A stretch of DNA of 62,929 nt, filler included, from Perkinsus marinus ATCC 50983 (GCF_000006405.1; 31 parts of 31 records of this genome joined end to end with filler, not necessarily neighbours in it); one strand, 5' to 3'. Shown: positions 24,020-38,522, numbered from the whole stretch's first letter. The notes: generated by a model from the sequence alone, not told the origin. Made by a program: numbers and translations.

Positions 24020-27000
24020 NNNNNNNNNNNNNNNNNNNNNNNNNNNNNNNNNNNNNNNNNNNNTTAATTAATTAANNNNNNNNNNNNNNNNNNNNNNNNN
24101 NNNNNNNNNNNNNNNNNNNAAAATATCAGGAACAGTGGCATGTCACTGTGCAACCTGATCAGGGACAGTGATAGTTTTTAGGTTCCATTCGTTGCGCCTG
24201 TATGTATGGCTATTTGTTACATTCGTGCACTCCGCGAGCCGCGGAGACCCTAGCAAGATAATCTCTTATCGTAAGTTACGATTGGTAACAGACCAACCAT
24301 TTTTCACCGCAAAGTGGCTTTCTGTTTCTCGTCAAGTTTGGGTACAAAGCAGGCTTTGTCTGTGGCACGCGACTTGAGGCTTTTTTGGGTCCAGCTTCAT
24401 GGAACGATTAGAGCTGACCGACGATCATTGATCGTGCTAGACCGTTTGGATGTGTCTCGCTTCCTGGGCCATTGCATGTCAAACAAAGAAAACCCACACT
24501 GTGCAACTTTCGGTCTTGTCAACCCCGTGTTGAAAAGGCTCTCGGTGGGACTGATCCGTCATGCTGCAGATGCATCCATCAACGTTAAATCCGAAGACTC
24601 AATGCTTATTAAGCATTGCTCAACAGTTGTTCGTACTCGTCATCTTTATTCATCCCTTCAGATGCACTGAAGCGTGTAGAGATGCAACATTGGTCCCACC
24701 TAGGCATCGATGATTGGTGCCTAGCAGTGAGAGCAGAAGCTGAAGAGATTAATTAACTCACTTGGCTCCTGCTTACAACGTCCGTTGGATGGACTCAGTT
24801 CAAACTTCGACACGAGGCGAAGCTGGGCAAGCGCTGAAGAATGTCGTAATGCTGCAAAAAATACGTGACGCTTTCAAAGCATGATGCCTCCGCAGCATGA
24901 GGCTCCAACAGCATGAAAATGGATTCAGCGATTTCCACTACATCATTCTCATCGAGTAGCAGTCGCCCAGCTCCAGTGGATTCCTCGAGCTGTGATGCAA
25001 CCCTGGCTTCCACGCTGGAAGGCAATGACTTACTCTCCAACTTCCAGTCGCCCTCTGAAAATCGCGATTGGTATCTGCAGATAATTGTAACCATTGTCAC
25101 TAATGGTGAAGGGCGGCCATATCACCACTTCAGGAGGGCTTCCAACTTGGAAGTTCCAAGCTCGTCAAGCGCCACGTATGGAGTATCTTGAAGACCAGTG
25201 TCGCGTATATACTGTATGTTGGCCGCGAGGCATAGGAAGACCAGTGTCAAGGTACTCGATCAGTAGCATGATGAACCGGTTCAACATGGCTTCGTCAGTT
25301 GCGATTCCCGGCTGCCGCACCTCTTTCCCGGACAGAGGTGGTGTCGTGNNNNNNNNNNNNNNNNNNNNNNNNNNNNNNNNNNNNNNNNNNNNTTAATTAA
25401 TTAANNNNNNNNNNNNNNNNNNNNNNNNNNNNNNNNNNNNNNNNNNNNTGAGAAACTTGTGTAGTTTACCATCTCTTTAGAAACTGTGTAATTCAACTTC
25501 CACTCAAAAAGCCTCTCCAACGTATCTTATGTGCCACATGGAAGTGTGGTAGAATATGTAACCATCATAAGAAGTGATAACACTCTTCAGAAACAATGCT
25601 AATTTTACTACTATATCGACTCCAACATCATAACAGCAGTTGATTTCTAATGGCTGCAGCGTCGTGTGGTGATGTATGTACGTCCGCGGTAGCTCGCCTA
25701 CTACTACCCATCGAGCATTACTCCGATAAGGTAACTACTACTACTACTACTACTACTACTGCTGCTACAGCATTCCTCCCTAGTTCACATTAATCTTTTA
25801 CCGAGAATTTTTTATTTTTATTTCTTTTTCCACCTTCTTTCTGTTTATTTTTTGAGTATGTTCGTCAAAATGTTACACTTTTGGTGGTAGATTTTTACAT
25901 AATTCCGTTGATATTTCAACCATGGTTTTTTTACAAAATTACCAAGAAAATGAATATTTTTTTGTCGGAAAAAATAATAATTTCTGAAAATTTTGTACCA
26001 CAATCTACACATGTCCTCTCCTACCCGTAATCAGGCCGCATTACAGCTACTACGAGACGAGTATAGAAAGAAAACTGCCAACGCTGCGGCATTGGCCCGA
26101 TCTATGGCATTTGATAAGTTACAACGAAACACCCCGAGAGTAATAATAGTATTACTATCATCTTCATCATCAACTTTTATTCAGCGCATGAGGAAAAACA
26201 AAAAGCAGCCCGCCCAGACCAAGTCGGTGAAAAAGATGTTTCCTGCTATGCTGATCCTATTGTAGGACTACTCGTAAGAAGAGACCGCTATCGCCAGCAA
26301 CAAGAATGCTTTTATTATCAACATCATCTTGGCGTAAACAATGCCGAGATGTATGAGTATTGTATTATCATTTTATGGAGGTCATACCACTCCCTCAGGA
26401 ACTCGCGGTGGCTCCACCAAAAACGGATCTAGATGAGCCTATCGGGAAGCTCTTCAAATCTATGGCGAACTCGTTGTTGAATAGCATCACAAAAAGAGGC
26501 TTTGTGGAGTAACTTTGCGATTCCGGAAAAATTTTATACATAATTGTATATTAATATTAATATAATTAATATATTAATATTAAACTAATATTATTTCCTC
26601 ATAATTAATATTTTAATACATCTATTTCATACGTCTTGGCAGGCACACTACAGAGTAGTGTGAGAAAAATGCGTGTTGGCCACAATATGAAAATTTTGAG
26701 GAAATTCGTATTAGTTTTTATACAGTTTCACTCCAAGTCTTGCGCAAATTTCGGTGTGGAAAATGGTCATCAACTACATGTGTTGGTGATGACAATATGA
26801 AAATTTTGAGGAAATTTTGGAAGAAATTTTTATTGGTTTTTATACACTTCTACCCCAAGTCGTATGTGAACTTCTGAGCTCAGCTGAGGCAAACAAACAT
26901 ATACTCCAACATTGGAGTTTCACCACCCTAGTGATATGAAAAACACTAGGGGAAAATATATTTCACGACTACTGCATATCACCGCGAATATCGCGAATAA

Positions 27001-30000
27001 CGCCGCTTCACGTAAAACGGGTAGTCGTGAATCTCCATCATTATCGTTCAGATTCATGCGACCGTATTTTCGTACCAATCTGGGCAATAACGATTCTGGA
27101 AATTCCTCCAAACCGCTACGTAGAAGTTCCCTTCGGAATTTCGTCGGAAATCGTCCTCAAGCGAAAACAACTGTGGTAGCAGGTTTGTGTTGCATCATCA
27201 CCGTTGATATCGTTCTGTACAGATATTAGATCGCTTATATTCACTTTTCGACTTCAGCGACTACGGTTCGATAATCAGCAGTTTTGATTTCGTATCAATT
27301 GTTGAACTCCTTCTCAGGGTAGTAATACCACAGTGTGATCAACCAAACCGTTATGGAAAATAGTGTTTTCATCTTAGCCTTCAAGTTTTGGGAGTTCGAA
27401 AGTCAACTTTGAGTAATATCAACATGATAACAATGTGAATCGATTGATACCAACGTTTTAGAAGCGTTACGTAGTCTATAGTCGTACTAGTCTCAAATTG
27501 AAGAACTCAGCCATCTCGAAAAGATCTACATATGCATACATACTGTTTGGTTCGCACTGTACACAGCAGCAGACACTGGAGTATTTTCAGGACAATTTAA
27601 TATTTTTTCCCGTTTTTTTAATAATTTTCCCACTTTTNNNNNNNNNNNNNNNNNNNNNNNNNNNNNNNNNNNNNNNNNNNNTTAATTAATTAANNNNNNN
27701 NNNNNNNNNNNNNNNNNNNNNNNNNNNNNNNNNNNNNACTCTGAGCCACTGAGGATCACCTCAGGATGGATAACAGGATTCGGATCGGTCCAAGTTCGGT
27801 TGGGATCAACACCGGCAAGCGTTGTCCTTGAATTACCATGAACCACGCCGTCCACATTGACCATAGGTACGATGTGAAAACAGTACCTAAAGCAAGTACT
27901 AGCAAGAAATCAGATGCACTTCTCATCATGTGTCATTTCTGGACAGTACAGTGATCTTCGCAATAAGTTGGATCTGTCGTTCTTTCTGGAGCTATCATTA
28001 AAACAGAGCTGACAACGACCATAAAATTGTATTTCCAGTTTATCGTCACTTCCAGATGGACGCTTGATACCGAAAGACACGATGCATTGGTGGACTACTT
28101 GGCTCGCAGCTGCCTGGCAGTGTCGCTGAGAAGCCAATGAAGCAGACCCAGACAGATCCAACTCCCCACGGTTTCCCCTGGATGCTGTCTCGCTATTATC
28201 ACAACTGCTGGCCGACTTCGTCGTACGCACTCAACACGCGCTGAGCTACAATCAACATCACCATCGGAGCGGTATGGCAGTTATCTCACAAATGTCGATG
28301 CCATAGAGCTATCTTTCTCGAGAAGTCTACCATGCTCGTGTGCAATTGGAAGGGAGGAGAGGCGCTAACGATATGGGGACTGTTCGCTGCACTCACCACC
28401 ACAACTGGCTCACCGAGGCTTACTCGGGCCTCCAATGAGTGAGGCCGAATCTTGTGTGTTCCAAAACCGGGATTGTCCAACCTAGAATTGTGACAACTAG
28501 AGAGTAATCGCTCGACGTGCTTATAAGCAGTTCACATTTTCTCGAGAGTGATTCATTCGATTGTCACTATCGCTCCGGGACAAAGGTGTCTGAGTCAAGG
28601 AGGAGGTTCGTCGCATAGACGGCATCGTCGCGTGCAGAGATGGGCCTAACAAAGCAGCGTGCTCTTCCTCACAAGCGATCCTCCCGACTCCGCTGAATCA
28701 TCATATCTGTTGCATTGACATACTGCGACCAATCCGACTCGGAACGGAGCTTCTGAATGGATGCAGGGGCCTGAATCTAGCCAGTTTCCCGAGCCATCAA
28801 TGAGTAGNNNNNNNNNNNNNNNNNNNNNNNNNNNNNNNNNNNNNNNNNNNNTTAATTAATTAANNNNNNNNNNNNNNNNNNNNNNNNNNNNNNNNNNNNN
28901 NNNNNNNGCGACCAATAACGGTCACTGAGTGATCTCGCATCATATATCATCTGAGTTGCGTTCTGAAGGAGCATAATGTTTTGACTCGATTCCGGACAGA
29001 AAAACTGAATACGGTGCGTTAATGAATCTCAAGGAACTCAAAAAGATGCGAGATAGTACTCAGAGGAAATCAACACTCGGCAAGGTGAAGGACACAAGTT
29101 TTCATGCTGTAGGCCAGTTGAACATCTGACTCCAATGGGCTAGTGGACACAAGTAGACAAAGAAATGGTCAGTTAGTCACACAAGGCAGCGTAGTCAACC
29201 ACATCGTGGTTACGCCGAACAAACTCAGCTAATGCTGCACGGTTCAGTGCAAATCCGGGAGGCACTCGAGCTGTCTTTATCTGCCCTTGTACGTGGACAA
29301 TGACGGTCCATGGTACGGGCTTGTTGGATGGATCGAGCCTTACCGGTCTCGGGAGTGAAATATCTGCTACTATCAAAGAAAATGCCAAGAAAATGATCGA
29401 GATGACGACAAATGCCAGTTTTTGCAGCGAAGTGAGCTTCATTTGCTTCCCATCTGATCCCTTGAAGACAACTCGCGTTAGAAGTGGAGGTTCGCCTGAA
29501 ATTCAATGTCACGTCATAGGGCTTTTAGACGAGGAGCTCACTCTCGTTCCACTGATGAAGCCAGCATAATCCACCACATTCCAAGCTCACCGTGAACCCC
29601 TCGCCAATATCGTCGAGTGGAACGAGGAGGACTGCTGGGAGCTCTAGTATGTTGCATCGCCAAGCAGATCGAGGAGGCAAGTAGCATAGGGCACACTGAG
29701 CAGGTGACACCATCAGTGGCCCAGCTACCGCGGACTTCGTCGGCTACCTTGCTCCTCGTAGATGGAAGACCGATAACATCTACCTCGATAACACTGCCAA
29801 CATCATATTCTACCGTAGGTATGGATATACCCACGTGTATAACAAGCACAATGGCAAGCAGAAGTTGACATATCATCATGATGCTGAAAAACAGTTCCTG
29901 CCCCATCGATGAGCATCCTTGAATACCACACTTCAGCCCATCGGACGAACAGTAAAGGATTTCAATTCATCGCTCATCACGACTCCGTGTTCACTTCCAC

Positions 30001-31336
30001 TACGCTGAATCATGCCCTATGCAAACATATCATCACCGATCTTCAACTCCATGCGGGCATGAGGGCTCGGTAGACTTCGAAGTTCGAAGCTTTCGACGAT
30101 GAGTNNNNNNNNNNNNNNNNNNNNNNNNNNNNNNNNNNNNNNNNNNNNTTAATTAATTAANNNNNNNNNNNNNNNNNNNNNNNNNNNNNNNNNNNNNNNN
30201 NNNNACTCAACTGTCAGGGAAGATGAAATTCTTATACATCCCTCTTTCATGAGTTTCACTCGGCTTGGAAGTCGCTGAGACACATAGCATCCGGAGCTGT
30301 ATTTGCTCGATCTATATGTTGAACGAATCATCCTGGTCTATTTGGATCATTCAACATACAGACCAACCTGAGTCCCTGAGATTACTGATTCTCATGATTT
30401 CTACGCTCCCTGACTTGAATTTAGTCGCTGAACAGTCGGAGCTATGCCATCGTGATGAGCACCTCGATTTGTCGCTCGTCGGATGCAAATTTCGTATTGC
30501 GACGTCGGCTCGTAGGAGCCATCGTCCTATCTTATATGAAGTTCATTAGCTTCCTTCGACTCTTCGTAGAGTTATGTTTGTGTAGTGTAGTTGTCTTTCT
30601 GCTCAAGTTTTATCTCATTGGAATGGCCATCAGGAACCACATCAATATATTTGTTTCCCTTGGAGTGTGCCTCCTTATCTCAAAGGCCAATGGCATGACT
30701 CTCAACCACAGGGCGGGTGAGGTAGGAATTACATCTGCCCAGTATGAGGCTCCCATACTGAGAGAGTAGTGTCGCAAGAAACTCGATATGTTCTAGGTTA
30801 CCGGAGGTACTTTCTCAATGCGTTTAACCCTCGACATGGAGGCTTTGCCCTTTCTGTAGCGCCTGCTCAAATTCATATCGTATACGATGTGGGGCATATC
30901 AATGTCTTATCCACCTCAGGGTCTATGTCTGCCTTTGCGTATGGTGCTCAGATACACATGACGGATCAGAACTCGCCATATTTTTCGAGAGCTACCGTGA
31001 AGCCGGCCCTCAGCGAAGTAAGTGACACCATGTATCATTGTTGAAGCAGGCTATTTGATCAATGTGAGCAGCGGTGTCGAGAAATCGCTCGAACACACGG
31101 CTTGGATTGCTCGCGGATCACTCTCACGGATCCGATACCTAAAATTAGCGACGATAACGATAGCAATGATGTGAACATCGGAATAGAGGATAACAGCAAG
31201 GCTGCAAGTCTTTCCTGCTCATCATTCGGGCTCACNNNNNNNNNNNNNNNNNNNNNNNNNNNNNNNNNNNNNNNNNNNNTTAATTAATTAANNNNNNNNN
31301 NNNNNNNNNNNNNNNNNNNNNNNNNNNNNNNNNNNC

Positions 31337-32420
31337 TTCAATGATGGAAGGCCTAGAGGGGGTGATAATGACTCTATCAACTCTCGTATAGTGAGTCAGG
31401 TGGAGTCAGTATTGTCTGAAAATCTGAAGACCATCGCCCCTACTAATGCTAAGAAGGCCCAAATTCGTTTGAATATGGGTTATCGTATGCCACGGTATGG
31501 ATACTTGAAGTCCTTCTGGTTACTGCCTCCTCAGTGGCAGAAGGAGAGACCTGCTGACTTACCTATTGGTTCTGATGATTTGGCTATTAATGAAGCTCAA
31601 TTAGAGTTTGTTAAGCACCGAGTGACTCAGGCCTCTGAGAAGCTGGTGAGCCAGATCAAGAAGCTCCAAGGAGGGCCTTATCAGGGTGCAAGTGATTCGA
31701 GATCTTGGCATGAAGTACAACGCGAGATTGTAGACAATTTGAATCGCTCCTCTTTGACAATTGCGAGGATTCATTTGTTGTATCTCACTGATTGTGTGAG
31801 CCCTATTATTAGCCAGAGAATTAGGAGAAGACTGGGTACTGACTCTTGGTTTGACGCTAACCCTGTGGATCTCTTGCTGGCTATGTGGAATATTCTGGAC
31901 GAGTTGTTTCGTTCAGAGTCTACACCTGAAACTCAATGTGATAAGATGCAGAATGTGAAGAAGTCCACTAATGAGACTCTACCGCAATTTATGTACAAGC
32001 TCCAGAACTTGTTTACTGGTGTCGAGATTGAGACTGGTCAAGAACTGGTTGATAGTACTAAGTTGACTCGTCTTCGTGGTGCGTTGCCTAAAGTGGACGT
32101 TCAGTTCCTAAGGGAGAAATTCCCTACTAACCTAACTTATGATCAGTTGGTTACGAGAGTTAATGAGTATTTCTCTAGTGCCATGGATCGTGAGTGTTAT
32201 GAGAGGTTTGTTAAACAGTATAGGATGTTGAACGCCCCCGAGAAAGTTGATGGCTATGCTCACAACGACTTGAAGACGGTGGATACTGTGGTGGACGCTA
32301 TGGAAGAAGCGCCTTCCGTTCAGGAGGGCAAATCTTCCAAGCGTGGAAAGAAGCCCAAGAAAGCTACCAAGAATGTCGTGGCCAATGAAGCGACGGCTAA
32401 TTTTGGTGGCTCTGTGGGCT
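31337..32420 (+). mobile_element. LTR retrotransposon Gag-like ORF fragment
   Basis: Intronless ORF open across the contig; Q..KKSTNETLPQFMYKLQNL..KLTRLRGALP..LTYDQLV resembles the retrotransposon gag homology region. Confidence 0.7.
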
Positions 32421-32520
32421 NNNNNNNNNNNNNNNNNNNNNNNNNNNNNNNNNNNNNNNNNNNNTTAATTAATTAANNNNNNNNNNNNNNNNNNNNNNNN
32501 NNNNNNNNNNNNNNNNNNNN

Positions 32521-33684
32521 CCACAGGTACCGTCCAGAACACACATAAGACAACCGTTAGAGAGATAGAGAGTAGCATACCCAATCCTGCCTCATATGAG
32601 GTACACCTACATTATCCCAGAACACGTCATCTGGCAGGGGAGCCGGCATAGCATACAACTTGAATGGTGTAGCTGAATGCACCATCTGTAAAGCCGACAT
32701 AGAGGCCTTTAATGAACGGAAAGTTACAAAACCGTCACTTCTAGTCTGGAAGGCAGGCTTCTCTCCAAAGGGTAGGAGGTTAGTCGGCATTAGAGCCTTA
32801 GGTAGAGGTACTATATCAGCAACATCCTTAACGATATTCACAGGGGCCTTAGTTAGATTAATCAACTGCTTACTCAATCCCTGCTCAGCTTCCTCTTCCC
32901 TCTTCTCCTTTTCCTCTAGTTGCTCCCGGAACAGCTCATCAGCCTTCTCTTGGAAGTCCTCCGCTGATCGGACAGTCCTCTCACAGTATCGATTCAATGC
33001 AGCTAGTCGTCTCTCCAATACTGTGATAGTGTCCATCTTCTCCTTACCACACATCTTAATCTTCATCTCTGGACGCTCCCCTTCATACTCGGCAACATTA
33101 TAAGCATGCTCCAGCTTGGGTATAATCTTACTCCTATCTGCTTCCTGCTTCTCCAGATCGTCAATGTCCAGAGCCACTCGAGCATCCAATACCTTCCCAG
33201 GGGCGACTTCTTCGAAGAAATTCCTCAATGCTTGATTCGAACGCAATTCCTGCGGCAGGCCACGCACAAATATCGTGTAATTTTCCAAACTCTTGCGAGC
33301 CAGAAATTCATGACGTCTGCGTAGATACCAACTAAACTCATGATAAATGAGATACATAGAGTAACCATAGAATAAATAAGATGCCAAGAGGGTAGCGATC
33401 ATCGCCGAGTCACCATTGAGGAGGTTACCTAGACTCCACGACTGCATAGTATCGCTTTCGTTGGACCCATCATTGCGATCTTGGTATTTGTATATAGGGA
33501 TGAGGAATATTGAGTTAAAACATCCCACTAACGAGATTTTTATCCCCATTTTCAGAAGTCGTATAAACGCTGCTGCATCCAGGCCAGCATAACGCATAAG
33601 ATCATCGTCGCTTGTCAACACAGCATCGCGTATCCACGACCATTTACCAGTTTTTCTATCCGAAAGTGGACACCTTAACTCAGG
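32521..33684 (-). CDS. OSCA/TMEM63/CSC1 mechanosensitive channel, N-terminal fragment
   Basis: AGLDAAAFIRLL, WSLGNL, YTIFVRGLP, GFVTFRS, APLPDDVFWDN motifs. Confidence 0.93.
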
Positions 33685-33784
33685 NNNNNNNNNNNNNNNN
33701 NNNNNNNNNNNNNNNNNNNNNNNNNNNNTTAATTAATTAANNNNNNNNNNNNNNNNNNNNNNNNNNNNNNNNNNNNNNNNNNNN

Positions 33785-34780
33785 TGCTCAGCACAGGGTG
33801 GTAAGTGTAGGTACAGTCAAGTTCAAGAGAGCGTGGTAGAGGCTTTCCGGAGGTTCGCTGCTATGGGCATCGAGGCAAACCGCCCTGACGACTTCTATGC
33901 TGAGATGCTCAAAACTGATCAACAGATGGGCAAGGTACGGACGGAAAGGCTGAATCGAAACAGCCGTACTTCTATTGGTGTAGATCCGAGAGAACCTCGC
34001 TGATCAACAGAAGCGCATTGAAATCGTGGAGGACAGGAAGCGGAAACAGGCCGAGAAAAAGTAGGGGGGCAGCCGGGGTCCAGTCGTCTTGAGCTTTCCT
34101 GACTGTTCCAAGCTGAGCAACCGGTTGTTCTGACAGCGGAGCGGTGCTTCGTTACGTCCATTCTTGTCATTAGTGGGCTTATGATTGCATCCAGGTTTGG
34201 GAAGAAGATGCAGGTGGCAGCAGCTCAGGCCCGTGCTGCTCAGAAACGTGAGAATTTGGCAGAGATCGAGAAGTGGAAAGAGGCCAAGGGGGAAGGTACT
34301 AATAGTTTATCAAAAGCCATACCGAACCTTTGGAAGAAATTGCAATACAACCGCCGATCAATTGCATTGTCGTATCAGATGAATCCGCCAGTGTTGGAAA
34401 GACTTTGGAAAAGGTCTCCAAGAAGGGCGCTCAGCGGTCGGCTGAGATGGAAGGTGCTAGTCACGGCAAGGGAGGGAAGGGTGGCAAGGCTGGCAAGGGT
34501 GGCAAGGGTGGCAAGGGAAGAGTGAATAAGAAACGCGTTGCTAAGGACAAGAAGTAATAAAAGGCCCTTGGTCGTTGTCGTGATGGTCGTTGATAGATAC
34601 GGCCAGGGTGGGCCTAAACGAGTGTTGAAGAACAACTCAGCCGACAGTTGCCGTGACGTCTCTTCTTTTAACGCCTCTAAGCATTCCCCCATGGGTAAGG
34701 GGAAAGGGAAGGGGAAAGGAAAGGGTGTTAGGAAGCCTATCAAGAAGGGCGCTGCTGCTGCTGCTGCTGGAAAACGCTGA
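33785..34780 (+). CDS. EBP2: rRNA-processing protein Ebp2, 3' part, multi-exon
   Basis: RPDDFYAEMLKTDQQMGK|IRENL..KK|FGKKMQV and KRVAKDKK|YGQGGPKRVLKNNSADS. Confidence 0.92.
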
Positions 34781-34891
34781 GAAGCAGCGTAAAACGTACA
34801 CTGTTTCTACCTACGTATGTTGGGCATACATATTGGGTTGAGTTTGCAAGGGGAAGAGTGGGAGGGCCGATAGATTTGAATTATCTGTAAT

Positions 34892-36180
34892 ATGGTAAAA
34901 ACTCGGGAAACTTCGAGGAAGAAGGGGAGCAAGGCGTTGGAGGCGTGCTTGGCGTCATCGTCATCATCATCATCGTCGTCATGTTCGACTGCCGCTCCCT
35001 CGGATCCCTCACCGCCGCAAAAGGCCGAGGTCGTCACTTTACGGTTGACCCCGCGCACCCACATGATAGAACAACTCTTACGGCTGGCAGATATCAACTT
35101 TAAACTGCAGTTGCGCATGACGCCGCAGACCACAGTGAAATCCATTGTAGAGCGAGTATTGGCTCGATGGCGCTCCCATGTTGGGGATGAGCACAGAATT
35201 GTCACCCAGGGTTTGTGCTTGCACCTCCCCCCTACTGTGGACGATGGGCAGTCCCTCCCAGCTGAGTGGAGCATCCATGACGTTGTACAGGCGTACCCTC
35301 GTTGTGTGGATGGGGGGGTTACGTGGCTGGTGTTTGATGGTGAAGATGATCGAGGCCCCCCAGAGGTGCCTGCTCCAAAACCCTCGTCACCGATCGACAC
35401 TACTGAGAGCTGCATAAGAGGAATTATGGAGTCGACTTGTGATTCTGCCGTCATTGCAGCGGCACAGGCGGTAGAGAATATACCGGATTTTGGAGGGATT
35501 CCTGGTGTGGTTGGTTCGGTCGCTAGCGGCTCGACTGTGGCTGACTTCTCACCCAAGAGGAGGCAGCAGCGTCGGCCTGTGAAACGGGGAGCTCCTGATG
35601 ATGTCGACTTCACAGCGGACTTGGTTGACGCGTCAAAGGAGTCAACACGGAGGGAGCAACAGAGTGGGAGGAAGAGAGCTCGGGTGGAGGTTGAGGAGGG
35701 TCGGCTAGGGCGGGATGAGGATGAAGTTGACTGCACTATGGCGACTGCATTACGGATGTCACACACGACTCACATGGCCTTGTTGGCCTTCCAAGAGAAG
35801 CAACAGGTGAAGTGATCTAGCGTTGAACTCCTTGGGAGTTTTCCTCATTATATTATGGGAATTTACACGACTTGGAGTAGGAGTGTACAAAATCGATAAG
35901 AATGTCTCAAAATTTCAGCCGATTCTCCTCGTTGTTATCGACACGCGTAGTTGATACCGTGGGCATTCATCATCACGACAGGTCTGCGGTGGAAAGGATT
36001 ATGTGAGCTCTTCAGGAGATGCTCGAGCGACAGCAGACGCAGTTCGCCAAGATGTTGGAGCAACAACAGGATTGGATGAAGTCCTTACATGGGACCATGC
36101 TGGAGACCCTCCAGCTCGCCCTGAGAGCAGCAGCAGCACCCACGAATCAGAAGGAATCGGCTGAGCCGAGGGGTGGATAA
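34892..36180 (+). CDS. Hypothetical protein, 2 exons (intron about 35808-36015), possible Cramped/TKI1-like domain
   Basis: 305-codon exon spliced to EMLERQQTQFAKMLEQQQDW..GG*; TLRLTPR..LQLRMTPQTTVKSIVERVLARW recalls the Cramped/TKI1 conserved block (inference). Confidence 0.6.
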
Positions 36181-37490
36181 TTTAGCCCTGCGCTCACGAT
36201 AATAAAACAATCAGTAGCATGCTTTCTCCAGCGAAGAGTTGCGTTTTGAAAAGTGTCCTCTGTTGGGGCGATCTGGCTCAGTTTAGAGAGTTATAACTCG
36301 GCTTAACACGGAGAAGGTGTGTGAGTGGTTGCTAGAGGCCCTACACCGAAGTTTGTTGAATCTTCTCCTAGCAGTTCTGATCCTCGAGGCTGGGGTAGTG
36401 AATGTGAAAGAGCTCGAGAAAAGATTCTGGTGCTGACTAGTATGAGAGGAAAACGTGGGGGTTGAGGTGTATCAGTAGAGTCACGAAATACTGTTTGTCA
36501 AATAGACGCTTTGAGATTAGCGCACATGGCGGTTACGCGGTAGACAGGGCGTAGTAGAGATAGTTCTTACCACGCCAGACGAGAGGCAATCGTTACGGCG
36601 AAGTGTAGCGTTCATCGTATAAGATAACGGAGGGCTGGTCAGAATTGGTGTTCAGTGCATAGCCATTATCAGTGATAATGGCCGAGACCGTGATAATCTG
36701 TCACGGTCCACATTTCTCACCCCGTTAGTAATCGTCCCTTGTCCTGTGGCCCTTCCTGTGGCCTTCCGCACGACTCGCAATCAGTACGGGCTTATAGACC
36801 TGACAATGCCTCTGCCTCGGGTCCGCGTCGACTTCCATTGATATCGTTTATGGTTTAAATTGGTGGTTCGGTCACGACACCTCCTGCTGCACTCACCCAA
36901 ACTTCAGGGTTTTAGGAAATAGCTGACTTTCCCAACTGCATGTACTCCTCCCATTATCACATTGACAGTCGCAGGATGTCTTGGCATCTTGCAGTTCCCC
37001 CATTATTGTTATCATCATCAACTCTACCTCGACTAAGATACATGACCATGCGGGCTGCTATCTTGGCGTTGATTTTGAGTGTCGGCTTGGCCGTCACCAG
37101 TACACCTCCTAACCATCATCATCATCATCACCACAGTCACTTCGCGGTAAAGCCCAGTCTCCTGTTTTTGGTGGGCTACTAGGAGGTTGTAGGTCCTAGT
37201 CGCAGGCTCCACAGGCTACTACAATTACCGTCATCAGGCTGATATCTGCCACGCTCATACGATATTGAGGAAACATGGAATACCCGAACGGAACATCATC
37301 CTCTTCTCGTAAGCACCAGTAGCAGCAGCCGAGAGCTCACCTGAGCATCTTGACTCAGAACGGATGATGTTGCTAATTCGCCAGAGAACCNNNNNNNNNN
37401 NNNNNNNNNNNNNNNNNNNNNNNNNNNNNNNNNNTTAATTAATTAANNNNNNNNNNNNNNNNNNNNNNNNNNNNNNNNNNNNNNNNNNNN

Positions 37491-38522
37491 CGATTGCCTT
37501 CGCGAGCAATAGAATTGACGCCTTCCCATGGCACAATGATGCATACGTAGGGTGAATATTATAGCTTGCATAACCGTTCAAGTAGATTCCTCGTCCTTAC
37601 CGATAAATCGTCTCTGAAGATATAGCCGCAACTTCCTCTGTCCAGGGTGTGCCAAGACATAATGGTAGATAACGCAAAGTAGACTGCATACCAGACGAGC
37701 ATATCTTGATCCACCGAGATAGATCATCCCATCAACGTCATCCTCTCGAGAAGGACCTTCATACCAAGGCCTCTGCCTTATGATACCGTCTTGGTCTAGA
37801 TGACAGTGACTCTCCATTCGATCAAAGGTAGTACTCCTCATACCCACGGATCTTCTAGGAAGCTTGCCGAGTAGATAATCTTGGAACTTTGCCAGATCTT
37901 CGTCTTCGGATTGACATCGTCTTAGACAGGTGTTGAGGTCGCTGTTGAACTCGATGCTATCCTGTAGATGACTCAGATCGGCCTCTGTCCCTCTCGAGAC
38001 GTCAATATGTCTCGCTAGGTTCTTTAATTCATCCTTCAGCTCTGCAGATAGGTCAGTCTTATCGATGTTGGGGACATCGATACCATCACAGTTGATGAGA
38101 CAGCACCTTCCACCACACCCGATATTCGTTGCCGTTGGAGAGCGAGAAGGATACACGCCTAATTTATCCTTAGATTTCATTTTTTGGTAGGGGCCACGGA
38201 TCTCTTGCTCAGACTGTACTGTCTGACCGCACCCCACGTCCACGACTGTGGATAGAGATAACCCCAATGTAGTAGGACAAAATGGTCTAGACCCATAGGC
38301 ATAGGTAATGTTTGGTGCGAGCGTAGCGTAGCACCCCGCGTTAGCGGTTGTAGGCGGTGCAAGCGTAGCGTAGCACCCCGCGTTAGCGGTTGTAGGCGGT
38401 GCAAGCGTAGCGCAGCACCCCGCGGTCACGGAGGGGATAGGTGAGAATAGCAGATCCCGCTCAGGATCGTGGATACATGATGCGACATGACAGTAGATGT
38501 CCTCATTGAACTGCCATTCTTC
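37491..38522 (-). mobile_element. Ty3/gypsy pol fragment up to the integrase zinc-binding region
   Basis: LDQDGIIR..YHYVLAHPGQRKLRLYLQRRF matches the HxxxxHxG start of the integrase H2C2 domain; 42-bp coding repeat at about 38316-38425. Confidence 0.7.
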
